Positions 18,345-27,050 of a stretch of 27,050 bases of DNA are shown piece after piece (positions within the stretch are counted from its first letter, which is position 1; every line of letters begins with the position of its first letter). This DNA comes from Promethearchaeota archaeon (GTDB taxonomy: Archaea > Asgardarchaeota > Lokiarchaeia > Sigyniarchaeales > SOKP01), in the NCBI GenBank assembly GCA_016839745.1, contig JAEOTS010000078.1:1-27050 (forward strand), read 5' to 3'. The notes under the pieces are model-generated. The model saw only the letters and a list, made by a program, of their open reading frames with translations. It searched no databases and had not been told where the DNA came from. The translations under genes and the position numbers were made by a program.

Positions 18345-19706
18345 TTAAAATCCATCGAAACCTTTAAACATCTTATCAAAACCGGGTGGTAAGCCTGTTC
18401 CGCCTTTTTTCCCTTTCTTTTGCATTTGTAAAGCTTTCTTCATAAATTTCTTCATTTGATTATATTGATCGAGCATCCTATTGATCGTAGTATAATCTGT
18501 GCCACTTCCAATGGCAATTCTTCTTTTTCGAGTTTTTTTAATAATTTTTGGATCATCTTTTTCTTCTTGAGTCAGAGAATTTAAAACCACTTCCCATTTC
18601 TCCAGATTTTTTTCGGCATCATCAGATAAAGCCTCAGGAATATTGCCTCCTCCCATCATTGCTAAAATTTGTTTCATTTTTCCAACTTTTTTAATACTTT
18701 TCAATTGAATATAAAGATCATCCAGCGTGAATTTACCTTTCATCATTCGCTTAACCATATCTGGATCAACATCAATCTCAGCTTCTTGTACGCGTTTAAC
18801 CAAGCCCTCTATATCAGGAACACCTAATAGAGTACCTACAAATGTTGTTGGATCAAATTCCTCAAAATCCTCTAGTTTTTCGCCTACACCTATAAATCTT
18901 ATAGATTGATTAGTGGCAGCACAAGCAGAAAGTGCTCCTCCTCCCTTAGCCGTTCCGTCTAATTTAGTAACAATTATACTTCCGATATTAGTAGCTTTTG
19001 CAAACTCTTCTGCCTGTGAATAAGCTTGTTGCCCTAAGCTTCCATCGATTACTAAGATTACTTCATTAGGTTTTAAGCTGGCCTCAATTTTTTCCATTTC
19101 TTTCATTAATTCCTTTTCTTCCTTATGTCGACCAGCTGTGTCAACTATAATAATATCGTGTTCGTCATTAACAGCTTTCTTAGTTTCTCTAACGGCAAGC
19201 TTAATGGCATTTTTTTCGTTAGGATTTCCATAACACTTTACTCCAATTTGGCCTGTTAGCTGAACAAGCTGTTCATATGCTCCCGGTCGCCATGTGTCTG
19301 TCGTAACTGCAGCCACTTTATATCCCTTGCTCTTATAAAATCGTGATAACTTCCCAACCGTTGTTGTTTTACCTGAGCCTTGAATTCCAACAAGTAATAT
19401 TACATTACTTTTCCCTGGTTTAATTCTAATAGGTGCAGATTTCCCACCTATGGTTTTGACTAACTCATCATGAACAAGGGTAATTATAAAATCTTTCCTT
19501 TTCGCTCTTTTCAGATCTGTATTCATGGCGTCTTTTTTAATATTTTCCGTCATCTGGAAAACTAACTCAACTTTTACATCAGCACTTAGTAATGCTCTTT
19601 GTAAATCTTGGATAATTGCATTAATTACTTCTTTGTCAATTTTCGGTAATCTTCGCAACTTCCGCATTAAGTCTTCTAAATCTTTTCCTAGTTTTTTAAA
19701 AGCCAT
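18345..19706 (-). CDS. srp54: Signal recognition particle protein SRP54
   Basis: ALLSADV, GIQGSGKTTT, DTWRPGA, DTAGR and TKLDGTAKGGG; Met-rich M domain with RRIAIGSG. Confidence 0.98.
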   Translation of the reverse strand: MAFKKLGKDLEDLMRKLRRLPKIDKEVINAIIQDLQRALLSADVKVELVFQMTENIKKDAMNTDLKRAKRKDFIITLVHDELVKTIGGKSAPIRIKPGKSNVILLVGIQGSGKTTTVGKLSRFYKSKGYKVAAVTTDTWRPGAYEQLVQLTGQIGVKCYGNPNEKNAIKLAVRETKKAVNDEHDIIIVDTAGRHKEEKELMKEMEKIEASLKPNEVILVIDGSLGQQAYSQAEEFAKATNIGSIIVTKLDGTAKGGGALSACAATNQSIRFIGVGEKLEDFEEFDPTTFVGTLLGVPDIEGLVKRVQEAEIDVDPDMVKRMMKGKFTLDDLYIQLKSIKKVGKMKQILAMMGGGNIPEALSDDAEKNLEKWEVVLNSLTQEEKDDPKIIKKTRKRRIAIGSGTDYTTINRMLDQYNQMKKFMKKALQMQKKGKKGGTGLPPGFDKMFKGFDGF

Positions 19707-19859
19707 ATTAAATTGAGTTTTGTATCTATTGTTTAATAATTAAAATAAACAAAAACTAATATTTTTTTTTAAATGATTATAATATTATATAAAAAAGAAA
19801 TGTGAAAATAAAAAATATTACTTAATAGTATTTATAAAAATATAAGGAGAAAATAGTAT
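19707..19859. promoter_or_regulatory. Divergent promoter region between srp54 and aIF5A
   Basis: Very AT-rich spacer with TATA-like TTATATA (~19786) and TTTATAAA (19831-19838), and SD-like AAGGAG (19844-19849). Exact elements are uncertain. Confidence 0.45.
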
Positions 19860-20288
19860 ATGTCAATCCGTAGAACTGAAATACAAAAACTGAAATCGGG
19901 TCAGTATATTATGGTTGATGACGAACCATGCATTATTAAAGCGACTGAACGATCTAAAAGTGGCAAGCATGGACATGCGAAAGTTCGTGTTGTATGTGTT
20001 GGGGTTTTCGATAATAATAAGAGATCTCTCACGATTCCATCAGGTCATTTAATTGACATACCCGAAATTATCAAGGGTACAGCTCAAATTAATTTCATCG
20101 AAGAGAAGTCTGTCAATATTATGGATTTGGAGACCTATGAATCAGTGGATGTTGATTGGCCCGCAGATGAAGATATGAAGAAGAAGATGAAAGAATTACA
20201 AGCGGATCCAGGTAAAATGTCATTAGCGCAAGTAGAATATTGGCAACTTGCAGGAAAAACCTTAATTAATAGAATTATAATAAATTAG
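19860..20288 (+). CDS. eif5a: Translation factor aIF5A/eIF5A
   Basis: Hypusination motif SKSGKHGHAK, plus MDLETYE and VEYW; AAGGAG upstream. Confidence 0.97.
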   Translation: MSIRRTEIQKLKSGQYIMVDDEPCIIKATERSKSGKHGHAKVRVVCVGVFDNNKRSLTIPSGHLIDIPEIIKGTAQINFIEEKSVNIMDLETYESVDVDWPADEDMKKKMKELQADPGKMSLAQVEYWQLAGKTLINRIIIN

Positions 20289-20395
20289 AATTCCCAAAAA
20301 TTTTTTTAAGAAATATGAAAATCATTTTCTTAAATTACTATATTTTTTAAATGTAATATTCTTGAGAAAAAACCTAAAAAAGAAGCTTGAGATTC

Positions 20396-21322
20396 ATGGA
20401 TAAAAAACCCGTTTCATTAGCTTGCAGAATGGACTCTGAGAGAGCGATTAAATTAACAAAGAAGATTTTTGAATTTCTCGTGAAAAAAGGCGAAGTTGTT
20501 CAAATGGAAACCAGAATCGCTCCAAAGATCTTTCCACATGGTGCTAAAGATTTAAAGGAAATGACGGCTGAAAATACTAAATTTTTAATTTCTATTGGTG
20601 GAGATGGGACAATATTAAGAGTAGCAGGGAGTTTACCAAATCGTAACGCGCCCCCTATTTTGGGAGTAAATATTGGATCTATAGGTTTTTTAGACGAGTC
20701 TAATGAGAGAACTGTTTTTAATGATATAATCCGTGTATTGAAAGGGGACTTTTTAGTAGAGAAATGTTCTAAATTAACTCCATTTGTAGTTAAAGGTTCT
20801 GAAGAAATTAGATTGAGTAATGCTTTAAATGAAATCCTAATCATTTCATCAAAGAGCTCAAAAGTTCTTTTAGCGGCTGTTAAAATAAATGGATGTTTTC
20901 TAAATCGTAGTTATTTAGACGGAATAATTATATCTACCTCTGTAGGCTCTACAGCATATAATTTAAGTGCGGGAGGTGCGATTGTTAAATCTACTATGGA
21001 TTCGATGCAAGTAACTCCATTAAATAGTTTTGCCCGATCAGGATTGAAACCAATAGTACTTCCAATTGACAGTGAGGTCGAAGTCCAACTCTTAAGACAA
21101 CGTCTAAGCGCAAAGATTATTATTGATGGTCAAAGAACCTTAAAAGAAATCCAACCAAAAACAATTATTAGAATCCGTAAAGCAAATTCCCACACAAGTT
21201 TTATTCGTCTTTCCAAGAGTATAAGCGACAATTATATTAGACGTTTAAGAAAAAAAATAATAGGAACTATCAAGGTGCCTTTAGACGACAGCCCAGAAGA
21301 AGAATTCAATTCTGGTTTTTGA
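20396..21322 (+). CDS. nadK: NAD(+) kinase
   Basis: GGDGT, GVNIGSIGFL, LNE, DG...ST..GSTAYNLSAGG and IDGQ motifs. Confidence 0.94.
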   Translation: MDKKPVSLACRMDSERAIKLTKKIFEFLVKKGEVVQMETRIAPKIFPHGAKDLKEMTAENTKFLISIGGDGTILRVAGSLPNRNAPPILGVNIGSIGFLDESNERTVFNDIIRVLKGDFLVEKCSKLTPFVVKGSEEIRLSNALNEILIISSKSSKVLLAAVKINGCFLNRSYLDGIIISTSVGSTAYNLSAGGAIVKSTMDSMQVTPLNSFARSGLKPIVLPIDSEVEVQLLRQRLSAKIIIDGQRTLKEIQPKTIIRIRKANSHTSFIRLSKSISDNYIRRLRKKIIGTIKVPLDDSPEEEFNSGF

Positions 21323-21839
21323 TACAAATATATTTTTAACTGGTATAGATTTTAATTATTTTAAAGAAACGATTGTCACTACTCCAGCGATAATTGATGA
21401 GATTAAAGTTAAAAAGTATAAGGATCAGAATAGAAATATATTACAAAGAATTGAACTTGCTAAAGAACTAGAAAAATTAATTATAGAAAAACCTACTGAA
21501 TATTATATTAAGATAGTGGAAGAAAAATCTAAACTAACTGGTGATATTAACGTCTTATCAAAAACAGATTTAGATTTAGTTGCTTTAGCTTTAGAATTGA
21601 TGAACACTACAAGTAACGAGATTATAGTATATACAAACGATTATTCCATGGAAAATTTATGTAGCGAATTAAATCTCAAATTCAAAACTTTATATAAGAA
21701 TGGGATAAAAACTAAGATTTATTTTGAGGTATATTGTCCATTCTGTAAAACTATATACAAATCTGAAGATTTAAATAAATGTTGTGAAAGGTGCGGGCTA
21801 AAACTCAAAAGGCGTTTTTTAAAAAAAGAAAAAATATAG
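21285..21839 (+). CDS. nob1: Nob1 PIN-domain rRNA maturation endonuclease with zinc ribbon (probable non-AUG start)
   Basis: Frame is open from ACG 21285: TAQKKNSILVFDTNIF...TTPAIIDEIK...LSKTDLDLVALA...TNDYSMEN...CPFC...CERCG. The ORF-track start (GTG 21516) omits the first PIN Asp and Glu. Start coordinate is inferred. Confidence 0.85.
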   Translation, partial: TTAQKKNSILVFDTNIFLTGIDFNYFKETIVTTPAIIDEIKVKKYKDQNRNILQRIELAKELEKLIIEKPTEYYIKIVEEKSKLTGDINVLSKTDLDLVALALELMNTTSNEIIVYTNDYSMENLCSELNLKFKTLYKNGIKTKIYFEVYCPFCKTIYKSEDLNKCCERCGLKLKRRFLKKEKI

Positions 21840-21899
21840 TGCAAAATAAATAGGAAAAAAACCAAATAAATATTGGATTAAAATATTAAAAGATAAACC

Positions 21900-22955
21900 A
21901 TGGGCACTAAAATTAACGAGCTAGTGAAAGAAGTAAGAAGAACTATAACATTTGAAAACCTTTTAAATAAACACATTGCCATAGATGCTTTTAACACGAT
22001 CTATCAGTTTTTAGCCATAATTAGGCAAAGAGATGGCACTCCCTTAAAAGATTATAATGGAAATGTAACTTCTCATCTATCAGGATTGTTTTACAGGACA
22101 ATTAATTTTTTAGAGCATAATATTAAACCTATTTATGTGTTTGACGGAGTTCCTTCTGAGTTAAAACTAGAAACCATAAAAGAAAGAAGGAAGATCAAGG
22201 AAATAGCTAAGGAGAAAATGATTAATGCACAAGAGAAAGAAGATTTTGGAGAAGCAAAAAAATTTGCTCAGATGACATCTAAATTAGATACTGGTATGAT
22301 TAACGAGAGCAAAAAACTATTAAAATATCTTGGTATCCCTATTGTCGAAGCTAGCTCTGAGGGTGAAGCCCAATCTGCCTTTATAGTTGAAAATGGTGAT
22401 GCTTGGGCGTGCGCGTCTCAGGATTATGACACATTGTTATTTGGAGGAGAAAGGTTAATACGTAATTTTGCTGTCAGTAGGAGTAAAAAACTTAAAAATA
22501 CTACGGTAACTCTTGATATAGAATATATCTCGTTATCAAAATTTCTTGAAAGTTTAAATATTACTCGAGAACAGTTAATAGAAATGGGGATTTTAATTGG
22601 AACAGACTTTTTTCCTGGAATTAAGGGAATTGGCCAACACAAAGCCCTCGATCTAATCAAAAAATATGGTTCGTTAGAAAATATTATAAAAAATAATGTA
22701 AAAGTTGGCAACATAGAAATTAAACTTGAAAAAGATCTAATTGAACAAATAAAAGAGATCTTTCTATACCCAAACATTAAAAAAAATTATCCTAAGATAA
22801 TCTGGGAAAAAATAAAATACGAAGAAGTCGAGGAATTACTGATTGAACAACATAACTTTTCAAAACAGAGAGTCCTAAATGCTATTGAACGTTTGAAAAA
22901 GCAAAATTCTTCCAAAACACAAGTATCTTTAGATAGTTTCTTTAAAAAAAATTAA
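21900..22955 (+). CDS. fen: Flap endonuclease 1
   Basis: IDAFNTIYQFL, TSHLSG.FYR, VFDG, EGEAQ, SQDYD, GTDF and GIG motifs; C-terminal PIP box QVSLDSFF. Confidence 0.98.
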   Translation: MGTKINELVKEVRRTITFENLLNKHIAIDAFNTIYQFLAIIRQRDGTPLKDYNGNVTSHLSGLFYRTINFLEHNIKPIYVFDGVPSELKLETIKERRKIKEIAKEKMINAQEKEDFGEAKKFAQMTSKLDTGMINESKKLLKYLGIPIVEASSEGEAQSAFIVENGDAWACASQDYDTLLFGGERLIRNFAVSRSKKLKNTTVTLDIEYISLSKFLESLNITREQLIEMGILIGTDFFPGIKGIGQHKALDLIKKYGSLENIIKNNVKVGNIEIKLEKDLIEQIKEIFLYPNIKKNYPKIIWEKIKYEEVEELLIEQHNFSKQRVLNAIERLKKQNSSKTQVSLDSFFKKN

Positions 22956-23040
22956 ATTTCAATGTAAAAAAAAGCAAAAATTTTTACAAAATTAATATTT
23001 CATATTTATAGATAATAATATTTTATTTAATCGATCTAAA

Positions 23041-25269
23041 ATGTCAACTAAAGAAAACGATAAAAGTGAGACCAAGAGTAGAGATATTGCTTTACGGGTA
23101 CAAGAAGCAAAAAAAAGAGATATTGGCCGAAATATTGCTAGAATTGATCAAGAAACTATGGAGAAGCTAAATATTAAAACTGGCGATGTCATAGCTCTTA
23201 TTGGAAAAAAGGAAAGTGCTGGGATTGCATGGCCAAGTTATCCTCAAGATAGTGGACTAGGAATTATTCGTATCGATTCTAGATTGAAAAAAAATACAGG
23301 AGCAAGTATTGATGAAACGATACAAATTAGGAAAGTCAATGCACAATCGGCCCAAAACATTGTTTTAGCGCCGATAAGCGTTAAAATAAAATCCAATCCT
23401 CGATTTGAAACTTTCGTTAAGCGAAAATTAAACAACTACCCCGTTACAATTGAAGATTTCATATATATATCTATTGGTATTAGTAGAGAGATCACGTTTA
23501 AAGTTATAAATATGAGACCAAGCGGAGTATGTACAATCAAACCGGAAACAGCCTTACATATTAGTGAACATATTACTGAAGATGAAGAAAGAGGAGCAGA
23601 TTATGTTACATACGAGGATGTTGGTGGTTTAGACCGCGAAATACAAAGGGTTAGAGAAATGGTTGAGCTCCCGCTGAGACATCCCTCTTTATTTAAGCGA
23701 TTAGGTATTGATCCTCCAAAAGGAGTTCTGTTAAGGGGTCCTCCAGGATGCGGAAAGACGCTTTTAGCTAAAGCTGTTGCTAACGAAAGCGAAGCATATT
23801 TCATTTCAATAAATGGACCCGAAATTATGAGCAAATTTTATGGCGAATCTGAGAAAAAACTTAGAAATATATTCACAGAAGCTGAAGAAAAGAGTCCATC
23901 TATTATTTTTATTGATGAAATCGATGCAATTGCCCCAAAAAGAGAGACAGTAACTGGTGAAGTAGAACGGAGAGTTGTTGCTCAATTGTTAGCTCTGATG
24001 GATGGATTACATAGTAGAGGTAGGGTAATCGTTATAGGCGCAACAAATAGGCCTAATAGTTTAGATCCAGCATTAAGGCGCCCAGGGAGATTCGATCGCG
24101 AAATAGAGATAAAAGTACCTAATGAAAAAGGGAGAAGAGAAGTATTTCAGATTCACACGAGGAACATGCCCCTCGATAAAAAAAAAATATCGTTAAAAGA
24201 GTTTGCTAACATCACTCATGGATTTGTAGGAGCAGATATTTCTGCAGTCTGCCGGGAAGCAGCAATGGCTGCGCTTAGAAGATATCTACCACATATTGAT
24301 TTGGAATCTGAAATTATTGATCCTGAATTGCTAGAACAAATTGAAGTTACTAAAGCTGATTTTGAAGAGGCTTTAAAGGAAGTAATGCCATCTGGAATAA
24401 GAGAAGTGTTTGTAGAAATACCAAATGTTACCTGGGATCAGATAGGTGGATTGGAAGATTTAAAGCAGAAGTTAATAGAGTCTGTTGATTGGCCTTTGTC
24501 ACATCCGAACATTTTCGAACGCATGGGGATAACTCCTCCGAGAGGAATCTTACTTTATGGTCCCCCTGGATGTGGAAAAACACTTTTAGCTCGAGCAGTT
24601 GCTCATGAAAGTAAAGCTAATTTTATATCCATAAAAGGTCCAGAGTTGTTATCCAAATATGTTGGAGAAAGTGAAAAAGCAATTCGTGAAGTTTTTCGAA
24701 AAGCCAAAATGGCTGCACCTTGTATTATATTTTTTGACGAATTTGATTCTATAGCTCCAAGTAGAGGCAGACATACTACCGACTCAGGAGTTTCAGAAAA
24801 AGTTCTCTCGCAATTCTTAACTGAACTGGATGGGTTAGAGGTAAAGAAAGATATTGTAGTAATTGCTGCTACCAATCGACCCGACATTTTAGACCCTGCT
24901 TTAATTAGACCTGGAAGAATAGATAGAATATTACTAGTTCCCGCTCCTGATGAAAAAGGAAGAGAAAAAATATTGAAAATTTTTACCAAAGATATGCCCC
25001 TGACTGGCAATATAGATGTAAATACCTTAAATACGAAGTTAGAGGGCTATTCTGGGGCAGATATTGAAACCTTGTGTCGTGAAGCGGGCATGATTGCGCT
25101 AAGAGAAAATATGAGAGCAAGAAAAATTTCGGAAGATCATTTTAAATTGGCTATAGAATCGATGAACCCTAGCATCACTCCAGAGATAACTAAATTTTAT
25201 GAAGGTTTTGGAAAAAACATAAAAAATCTAATCATACAACAAACAAAGGAAGATCGAATGGTTATCTAA
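23041..25269 (+). CDS. cdc48: CDC48/p97/VAT family AAA+ ATPase
   Basis: 742 aa; double-psi-barrel N-domain and two AAA modules (GPPGCGKT twice; IDEID and FDEFD; RPGR). Confidence 0.97.
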   Translation: MSTKENDKSETKSRDIALRVQEAKKRDIGRNIARIDQETMEKLNIKTGDVIALIGKKESAGIAWPSYPQDSGLGIIRIDSRLKKNTGASIDETIQIRKVNAQSAQNIVLAPISVKIKSNPRFETFVKRKLNNYPVTIEDFIYISIGISREITFKVINMRPSGVCTIKPETALHISEHITEDEERGADYVTYEDVGGLDREIQRVREMVELPLRHPSLFKRLGIDPPKGVLLRGPPGCGKTLLAKAVANESEAYFISINGPEIMSKFYGESEKKLRNIFTEAEEKSPSIIFIDEIDAIAPKRETVTGEVERRVVAQLLALMDGLHSRGRVIVIGATNRPNSLDPALRRPGRFDREIEIKVPNEKGRREVFQIHTRNMPLDKKKISLKEFANITHGFVGADISAVCREAAMAALRRYLPHIDLESEIIDPELLEQIEVTKADFEEALKEVMPSGIREVFVEIPNVTWDQIGGLEDLKQKLIESVDWPLSHPNIFERMGITPPRGILLYGPPGCGKTLLARAVAHESKANFISIKGPELLSKYVGESEKAIREVFRKAKMAAPCIIFFDEFDSIAPSRGRHTTDSGVSEKVLSQFLTELDGLEVKKDIVVIAATNRPDILDPALIRPGRIDRILLVPAPDEKGREKILKIFTKDMPLTGNIDVNTLNTKLEGYSGADIETLCREAGMIALRENMRARKISEDHFKLAIESMNPSITPEITKFYEGFGKNIKNLIIQQTKEDRMVI

Positions 25270-25340
25270 TATTCATAAAGTTAATTTGGGAGAAATAATT
25301 TCTATTTAATGTACATGATTTTTATCTTTATTTAATTAAA

Positions 25341-25346
25341 AGGTGA
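25341..25346 (+). promoter_or_regulatory. Shine-Dalgarno-like AGGTGA
   Basis: Archaeal SD-like hexamer 6 nt upstream of ATC 25353; the same hexamer precedes the FGGY kinase ATG. Confidence 0.55.
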
Positions 25347-25352
25347 ACAATA

Positions 25353-25625
25353 ATCGAATCACAAAGATGGAATCAAAAACCCGTAGTTAATTCTTTAATC
25401 GACATACTAATTAAAAATAAGGGAGAAATATTAGATAAACGATTGGAAGAACTACTCAAGAAGGAATTCTCTTTTATTAATCCATTAATTTTAGAGGAAT
25501 TACTAATGAAGTTAGAAAGTCGAAGCATTCTCAATGTTTTTCGAGTTTCAAAAACTAAGAAAATGATTGTACTTAACAAAAGAAATCAAGAAATTAAAAG
25601 TGAGATTATGGATGAGCTAAACTGA
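25353..25625 (+). CDS. Small winged-helix-like protein downstream of cdc48 (probable ATC/ATA start)
   Basis: Frame is open from 25347, directly after AGGTGA (25341-25346): (I)ESQRWNQKPVVNSLIDILIKNKGEILDKRLEELLKK...LEELLMKLESRSILNV...KKMIVL, a wHTH-like pattern. The ORF-track TTG at 25443 truncates helix 1. Confidence 0.65.
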   Translation: MESQRWNQKPVVNSLIDILIKNKGEILDKRLEELLKKEFSFINPLILEELLMKLESRSILNVFRVSKTKKMIVLNKRNQEIKSEIMDELN

Positions 25626-27050
25626 TTGGAGCTTTTTCCAATTTACACATTCTTGCGATAAAGATATATTTTCAGCTTGAGATTTAAATTTTCTTTCCCT
25701 GATATCTACAAAGATAGGATAATTTACTGCATTTCCCATCATTAACATTTCTCCTACTCCTAAACTTGAGATCATGTCCGTGTAATCTTTAGTAATTGTT
25801 TCCGAGCTATCCATTAAGTGTTTTAAATCGTAGGGATTTTTAATGTTTAGAATTAACTTTGAATTTGTCTGAGATAAGGCAGTAGTACTAAGCTTTTTAG
25901 GTCTTTGGCTTATTAAACATAAACACGCCATGAACTTTCTTCCTTCCCTTGCGATTGTTTCGATAATATATTTAGATAATGCCTTAGAATGAGCCGCTTC
26001 AGGACAAAATTGATGGGATTCTTCAATAATCAACAAAAATGGAGGTATTTCATTTTTTCTCCTTAGATAAAAAAGTTGATGGCACATATAATCCACAATA
26101 ATTTGTTTTTTGCGAATAGAAATTTCATTTTGAAGATTAAAAATAGAGATTTCACCTTGATTTATGACATTTCTCATAACTGGATTTTCTTGTGGTCCAA
26201 AAAGATTTAGTCGTTCTAAATCAGACAACCATCCAATTAAGGCTTGCTTTGTGCTTTTTCCGCCTTCAATTTCTTTTTCAATTAATTCTATAATGCTATT
26301 AAGAGTAAATTTATTGTTTGGTTCCTCCATTTTTCTTAACTTCTTAATATATTTAGATAACTCTCTTATCTGAACATTAGAAATTTGTTCTTGATATTTT
26401 TTATAAGCAAATGCGTTTAATTTGGGGACTGCAATCTGAAAATATGAAGTATCAATTACTTTAACCTTATTTTTTAGGTTAGGAGCCTTATTTAGATATT
26501 GATATTCTCCGTGAACATCAATCAATATAATTGCAGGAGTTCCATCAGTTTTTTCACGTGTTAATAGTTCCTCAATAATGATTGATGTAAGATAACTTTT
26601 ACCTCCTCCCGAAATTGAAAGAATAGCAAAATGTTTATTTAATAACCGATCCATATTAATATAAGCATCTAAATTAGATACCTTCACTTTACCCAAATTT
26701 AGTCCCCGCTCTTGATCAAGTCCAATAAAACTCTTGAGAATTTCTTCGTCAACTAAATATACTTCCTTACCCGGACTTGCGGGATACATCATCCTTTTAA
26801 TCGTTTTTATTTCAAATGCGCTAGATTCTTTGAATTCAATAATCCCTAAATTTCTAACAATTGCAACAGCGTATTCAAAATCATCGCTCGGAAATAACCC
26901 TTTAAGAATATTTGGATTATTTTCGTTGTTATAAGCTTTAATTGTTAAGGCATCCGAAAAATATTCGTTTAATAGAACGATTTTTTCAACTATGCCAATT
27001 AAATATCCTTCAATTGATTTTGTAGACACAAATAAACCCTTTTTAACAAA
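25617..27050 (-). CDS. herA: HerA-type helicase/ATPase, 5'-truncated by the window edge
   Basis: Walker A SISGGGKS, IDVHGEY, Walker B IIEESH, AREGRKF and SQRP; frame stays open to the window end (FVKKGLFVSTK), consistent with a partial HAS barrel. Confidence 0.88.
   Translation of the reverse strand, partial: FVKKGLFVSTKSIEGYLIGIVEKIVLLNEYFSDALTIKAYNNENNPNILKGLFPSDDFEYAVAIVRNLGIIEFKESSAFEIKTIKRMMYPASPGKEVYLVDEEILKSFIGLDQERGLNLGKVKVSNLDAYINMDRLLNKHFAILSISGGGKSYLTSIIIEELLTREKTDGTPAIILIDVHGEYQYLNKAPNLKNKVKVIDTSYFQIAVPKLNAFAYKKYQEQISNVQIRELSKYIKKLRKMEEPNNKFTLNSIIELIEKEIEGGKSTKQALIGWLSDLERLNLFGPQENPVMRNVINQGEISIFNLQNEISIRKKQIIVDYMCHQLFYLRRKNEIPPFLLIIEESHQFCPEAAHSKALSKYIIETIAREGRKFMACLCLISQRPKKLSTTALSQTNSKLILNIKNPYDLKHLMDSSETITKDYTDMISSLGVGEMLMMGNAVNYPIFVDIRERKFKSQAENISLSQECVNWKKLQSV

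Noticed and set aside
20160-20230. Roughly 10-residue insertion in the aIF5A C-domain as an in-frame intron
   Set aside because: Purine-rich, with no hairpin or BHB pairing; more likely an ordinary protein insertion.
21293-21315. CCAGAA...TTCTGG hairpin at the nadK/nob1 overlap as a splice or frameshift signal
   Set aside because: Only a 6-bp stem, with no BHB geometry or clear slippery site; a non-AUG start is the simpler explanation.
1112-26934. Short antisense ORFs in the track (e.g. 1112-1348, 15652-15972, 20500-20844, 22424-22777, 24603-25010, 25373-25579)
   Set aside because: They are shadow ORFs lying opposite well-supported genes, with no recognisable motifs.
1-27050. tRNA/rRNA genes, CRISPR arrays, transposases, selenoprotein readthrough
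   Set aside because: Intergenic spacers are short and AT-rich with no cloverleaf or repeat arrays, and no in-frame TGA interrupting a conserved protein was seen.

Overview
AT-rich archaeal chromosomal window, most likely from an Asgard (Lokiarchaeia-like) archaeon. This is inferred from archaeal information genes (aIF5A, SRP54, FEN1, Nob1, CDC48, HerA) together with a Roadblock/LC7 protein and a Vps29-like phosphoesterase. Contents in order: purB-purM-PfkB; CPBP protease / phosphoesterase / Roadblock; an MDR oxidoreductase; an alpha/beta hydrolase; nadC; a NikR-like regulator; a sugar(-acid) catabolic cluster interrupted by dinB; AMMECR1-pyrC-TrmY-like-srp54; aIF5A-NAD kinase-nob1-fen1-cdc48-small wHTH; and a 5'-truncated herA. 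The standout observation is in the alpha/beta hydrolase gene (minus strand, 6922-7596). It is interrupted inside its conserved HPHPQYGG motif by a 33-nt, stop-containing insert (7445-7477) that folds with its flanks into a canonical bulge-helix-bulge (BHB) motif. Cleavage at the canonical BHB positions restores the frame and the motif exactly. This makes it a candidate tRNA-type (EndA/RtcB) intron in a protein-coding mRNA other than cbf5. Two other genes (nob1 and the wHTH gene after cdc48) appear to need non-canonical start codons (ACG; ATC/ATA). No tRNA/rRNA genes, CRISPR arrays or transposases were seen.
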